A stretch of 64,000 bases of DNA from Verrucomicrobiota bacterium (GTDB lineage Bacteria; Verrucomicrobiota; Verrucomicrobiia; Limisphaerales; AAA164-E04): NCBI GenBank assembly GCA_047947115.1, contig CP170459.1:3584001-3648000 (forward strand), in the 5' to 3' direction. The position numbers and the translations under genes are program-made. Under the pieces are notes generated by a model, which saw only the letters and a program-made list of their open reading frames with translations, searched no databases and was not told the DNA's origin. Positions 61,172-64,000 of the stretch are shown here, piece by piece. Numbering within the stretch: the stretch's first letter is position 1; the number at the start of each line of letters is the position of its first letter.

Positions 61172-64000
61172 ATGAACAAACATGCTCATCGGGCTTCAGA
61201 TGATCCCTTAGCCAGTTCCCTATTGGAACAACTTTCAGAATGCACCGCCAGGGATGCTTTCAAATTGGATGCAGTTCTGCACCGGTTGCTGCGGCAGGGA
61301 AACAGGGGGGAATCCGGTCGCAAACAGCTCCAATCCATCGCTCAACGCATCCAGCGCTCAAAAGAGATGGTTCAAAAGCGCAGGAATCTCCTGCCTCCGG
61401 TCCAATATCCTGGACATTTGCCCGTTTCCAATCGGGTGGAGGAGATTGTGCGTGCGATTCAGGAACATCAGGTGTTGGTATTGTCCGGGGAAACGGGATC
61501 CGGCAAGAGTACTCAGATCCCTAAAATGTGTCTGAGTGCCGGTCGCGGCTTAAGGGGAAAAATCGGATGCACCCAACCCCGCCGTGTTGCAGCTCAATCT
61601 CTGTCGAAACGGGTTGCTGAAGAATTAAATGTGCCATTGGGACGAGAAGTAGGGTGCAAGATCCGTTTTCAAGACGAATCATCCCCCCAATCCTACATCA
61701 AATTCATGACCGATGGGATCCTTCTCTCGGAACTTCAAAATGATCCCTCTTTGAGTGATTACGACACCCTGATCATTGATGAGGCGCATGAACGGTCCCT
61801 GAATATTGATTTTATTCTGGGCCATCTGCGTGGGTTGCTGGAATCACGTCCCGATCTCAAGTTGATCATCACTTCGGCCACCATTGACACACGCACTTTT
61901 TCAGAAGCTTTTCAAAATGCCCCGATCATCGAAGTCTCCGGAAAGCTGTATCCGGTGGAAGTGCTTTATCGGCCCATGGACGAAGCAATGGTGGAACAAG
62001 GCAACCTGTCCTATGTGGATGCCGCTGTTGATACGGTATTGGAGATACTGGGGGACAATCACCGGGGCGATGTGCTGGTTTTCATGCCTTCCGAGCGGGA
62101 TATCCGTGAAACCGTGGACGCGCTGGGGAAACACATATCGGGCTCAGTGGAATTGATGCCTCTTTTTGGGCGTCTTGCAAGCGGGGATCAGCAGAAGGTT
62201 TTTCAATCCGCCAGCAAACAGCGTGTCATCGTCGCCACGAATATCGCCGAAACTTCATTGACCCTGCCCGGTATACGCTTTGTGGTGGACACTGGTTTGG
62301 CTAGGGTGAGTCGTTACAGTCCAGGAACCCATACACGACGCCTGCCTATCGAACCGATTGCGCAGAGCAATGCCAATCAGCGCAAGGGGCGTTGCGGGCG
62401 AGTTGCCGAAGGGGTTTGTTATCGCCTTTATTCGGAAGTGGATTTTGAAGCTCGACCTGTGTTCCTTCCGCCTGAGATTCAGCGGTGCAATCTGGCTGAG
62501 GTGATTTTGAAAATGAAGGCCTTTCACCTCGGTGACATGGAGACGTTTCCTTTCATACAACCTCCCAAACCGTCCGCCATCAAGGCGGGCATGCAATTGT
62601 TGAAGGAATTGGGCGCTTTGGACGTCAGGAATGAATTGACTTCGCTGGGAAGCAAGCTGGCACGGCTTCCTTTGGATCCGACTATTGGGCGGATGATATT
62701 GGAAGCGGAAAAGGAAGGAGTGGTTGAGGAAATTGTGATCATTGCCTCGGGCTTGAGCATTCAGGATCCCCGGGAGCGTCCCATGGACGCCGCCGAACAC
62801 GCGGATCGTGCTCATCGGCAGTTCTTGCATCCAAAATCAGATTTCCTCACCTTGTTGAATCTGTGGAATGCCTTTCATGACGAATGGGAACGTCTCAAAA
62901 CACAGAATCAACTTAGAAAGTTCTGTCGTGCCCATTTCCTCAATTACATGAGAATGCGCGAGTGGCGAGATATTTATCGCCAGATACATTCCGTTCTGGG
63001 AGATATCCGGATTCGTATTTCACCTTCATTCGGCGAAGGAAACAAAGCCGAAGATCAACGATGGTATGCTGCCATTCACCGAAGTATCCTGTCCGGTCTG
63101 CTCAGTCAATCTGCTCGACGAAAAGATCGAAACCAATACGCGGGCGTTTCGGGAAGGTCTTTGAGTCTGTTTCCTGGATCCGTCCTTTTCGAACGTCAGG
63201 ATCCCAAGGAAGCCAAGGTTGGAAAGAAGAAAACGAAAAGGAAAGGGGGATCGGAATGGATTGTATCCGCCGAAGTCGTCGAGACTTCCCGGACCTATGC
63301 CCGGACCAATGCGGCCATCCAAGCCGACTGGATTGTTAAATTGGGGGCCCATTTGTGCCTTTATTCTCATTTGAATCCTCGATGGGATCGTTCATCCGGT
63401 CGGGCTGTATGCACTGAAGTTATTCGCATGGGGGGCGTTGAAATCATGGCGCGGCAGGTGGATTTCGCTCAGTCCAATCCTGATGCCGCCAGGGAAATCA
63501 TGATATACGAGGGCTTGATTCGTGAGCGCCATGAGACCCAGCTAACCTTCCTGGCCGAAAACGATCGCGTCCTCCAGTCGGTCGAAGAGAGATTGACCCG
63601 GATTCGACACGGGGCCTTCATGAATCTTGAAGACCTGCTCTTTGAGTTTTACCACCAACGACTGCCTCGGGATGTGTCGAGCATTTCCGGACTGCAACAT
63701 CACTTGAGACGCCACCCTGAAATAGCGGATGGTTTAAGAATGAAGGCGGAAGATCTGTTGAAAGACCGGGTCAGTGGTTCGGATCTTTCGGATTACCCCA
63801 ATGCGCTCCAATGGGGAGATCATGAGATCAAGGTGGAATATGCCTACGCTCCAGGGGAGACTCATGACGGCATTACCTTGATCCTTTCTCCCGAAGCTGC
63901 GGCTTCATTGCAGGATTTCTACTTGCCGTGGTTGATTCCGGGTAACCGCGAATCAGTGATACAATACCTTTTTAAGTCGCTGCCCAAATCCAAACGGCGG
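61172..64000 (+). CDS. hrpA: ATP-dependent RNA helicase HrpA (runs off the right edge)
   Basis: Not in ORF track; hand-translated from ATG 61172: GETGSGKSTQIPK, TQPRR, MTDG, DEAHERSLN, TSAT, TNIAETSLT, QRKGRCGR. Confidence 0.93.
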   Translation, partial: MNKHAHRASDDPLASSLLEQLSECTARDAFKLDAVLHRLLRQGNRGESGRKQLQSIAQRIQRSKEMVQKRRNLLPPVQYPGHLPVSNRVEEIVRAIQEHQVLVLSGETGSGKSTQIPKMCLSAGRGLRGKIGCTQPRRVAAQSLSKRVAEELNVPLGREVGCKIRFQDESSPQSYIKFMTDGILLSELQNDPSLSDYDTLIIDEAHERSLNIDFILGHLRGLLESRPDLKLIITSATIDTRTFSEAFQNAPIIEVSGKLYPVEVLYRPMDEAMVEQGNLSYVDAAVDTVLEILGDNHRGDVLVFMPSERDIRETVDALGKHISGSVELMPLFGRLASGDQQKVFQSASKQRVIVATNIAETSLTLPGIRFVVDTGLARVSRYSPGTHTRRLPIEPIAQSNANQRKGRCGRVAEGVCYRLYSEVDFEARPVFLPPEIQRCNLAEVILKMKAFHLGDMETFPFIQPPKPSAIKAGMQLLKELGALDVRNELTSLGSKLARLPLDPTIGRMILEAEKEGVVEEIVIIASGLSIQDPRERPMDAAEHADRAHRQFLHPKSDFLTLLNLWNAFHDEWERLKTQNQLRKFCRAHFLNYMRMREWRDIYRQIHSVLGDIRIRISPSFGEGNKAEDQRWYAAIHRSILSGLLSQSARRKDRNQYAGVSGRSLSLFPGSVLFERQDPKEAKVGKKKTKRKGGSEWIVSAEVVETSRTYARTNAAIQADWIVKLGAHLCLYSHLNPRWDRSSGRAVCTEVIRMGGVEIMARQVDFAQSNPDAAREIMIYEGLIRERHETQLTFLAENDRVLQSVEERLTRIRHGAFMNLEDLLFEFYHQRLPRDVSSISGLQHHLRRHPEIADGLRMKAEDLLKDRVSGSDLSDYPNALQWGDHEIKVEYAYAPGETHDGITLILSPEAAASLQDFYLPWLIPGNRESVIQYLFKSLPKSKRR

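Overview
Gene-dense chromosomal window, most likely from a Verrucomicrobiota genome, possibly Pedosphaera/Limisphaerales-like. The assignment is inferred from PVC-restricted families: Minf_1886, PVC-type heme-binding dehydrogenase, DUF1501, DUF1552/DUF1592 and a DUF1559-like prepilin. About 44 CDSs are supported. Housekeeping genes are mdh, trpB, glyQS, hrpA and a cold-shock protein. There are many secreted hydrolases and PVC cytochromes, a SulP-carbonic anhydrase fusion, and a GT2/flippase block. I found no rRNA, tRNA, CRISPR array or transposase. Three CDSs missing from the ORF track were translated by hand: a GT2 at the left edge, hrpA at the right edge, and a 43-aa membrane microprotein at 4853-4984. 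Most notable: (1) a radical SAM gene paired with a Cys-rich DUF116-polyprenyl synthase fusion, a candidate new isoprenoid/lipid C-C coupling pathway; (2) an Ig-stalked surface protein with a triplicated lectin-like head, followed by a non-canonical pilin-like protein and a lipoprotein; (3) a DeoC homolog lacking its Schiff-base lysine, directly after mdh; (4) a methyltransferase resembling mycobacterial Rv0224c/MtrP; (5) a frameshifted orphan MshK/MshL-like secretin locus. Family assignments come from motif recognition by eye; no searches were run.
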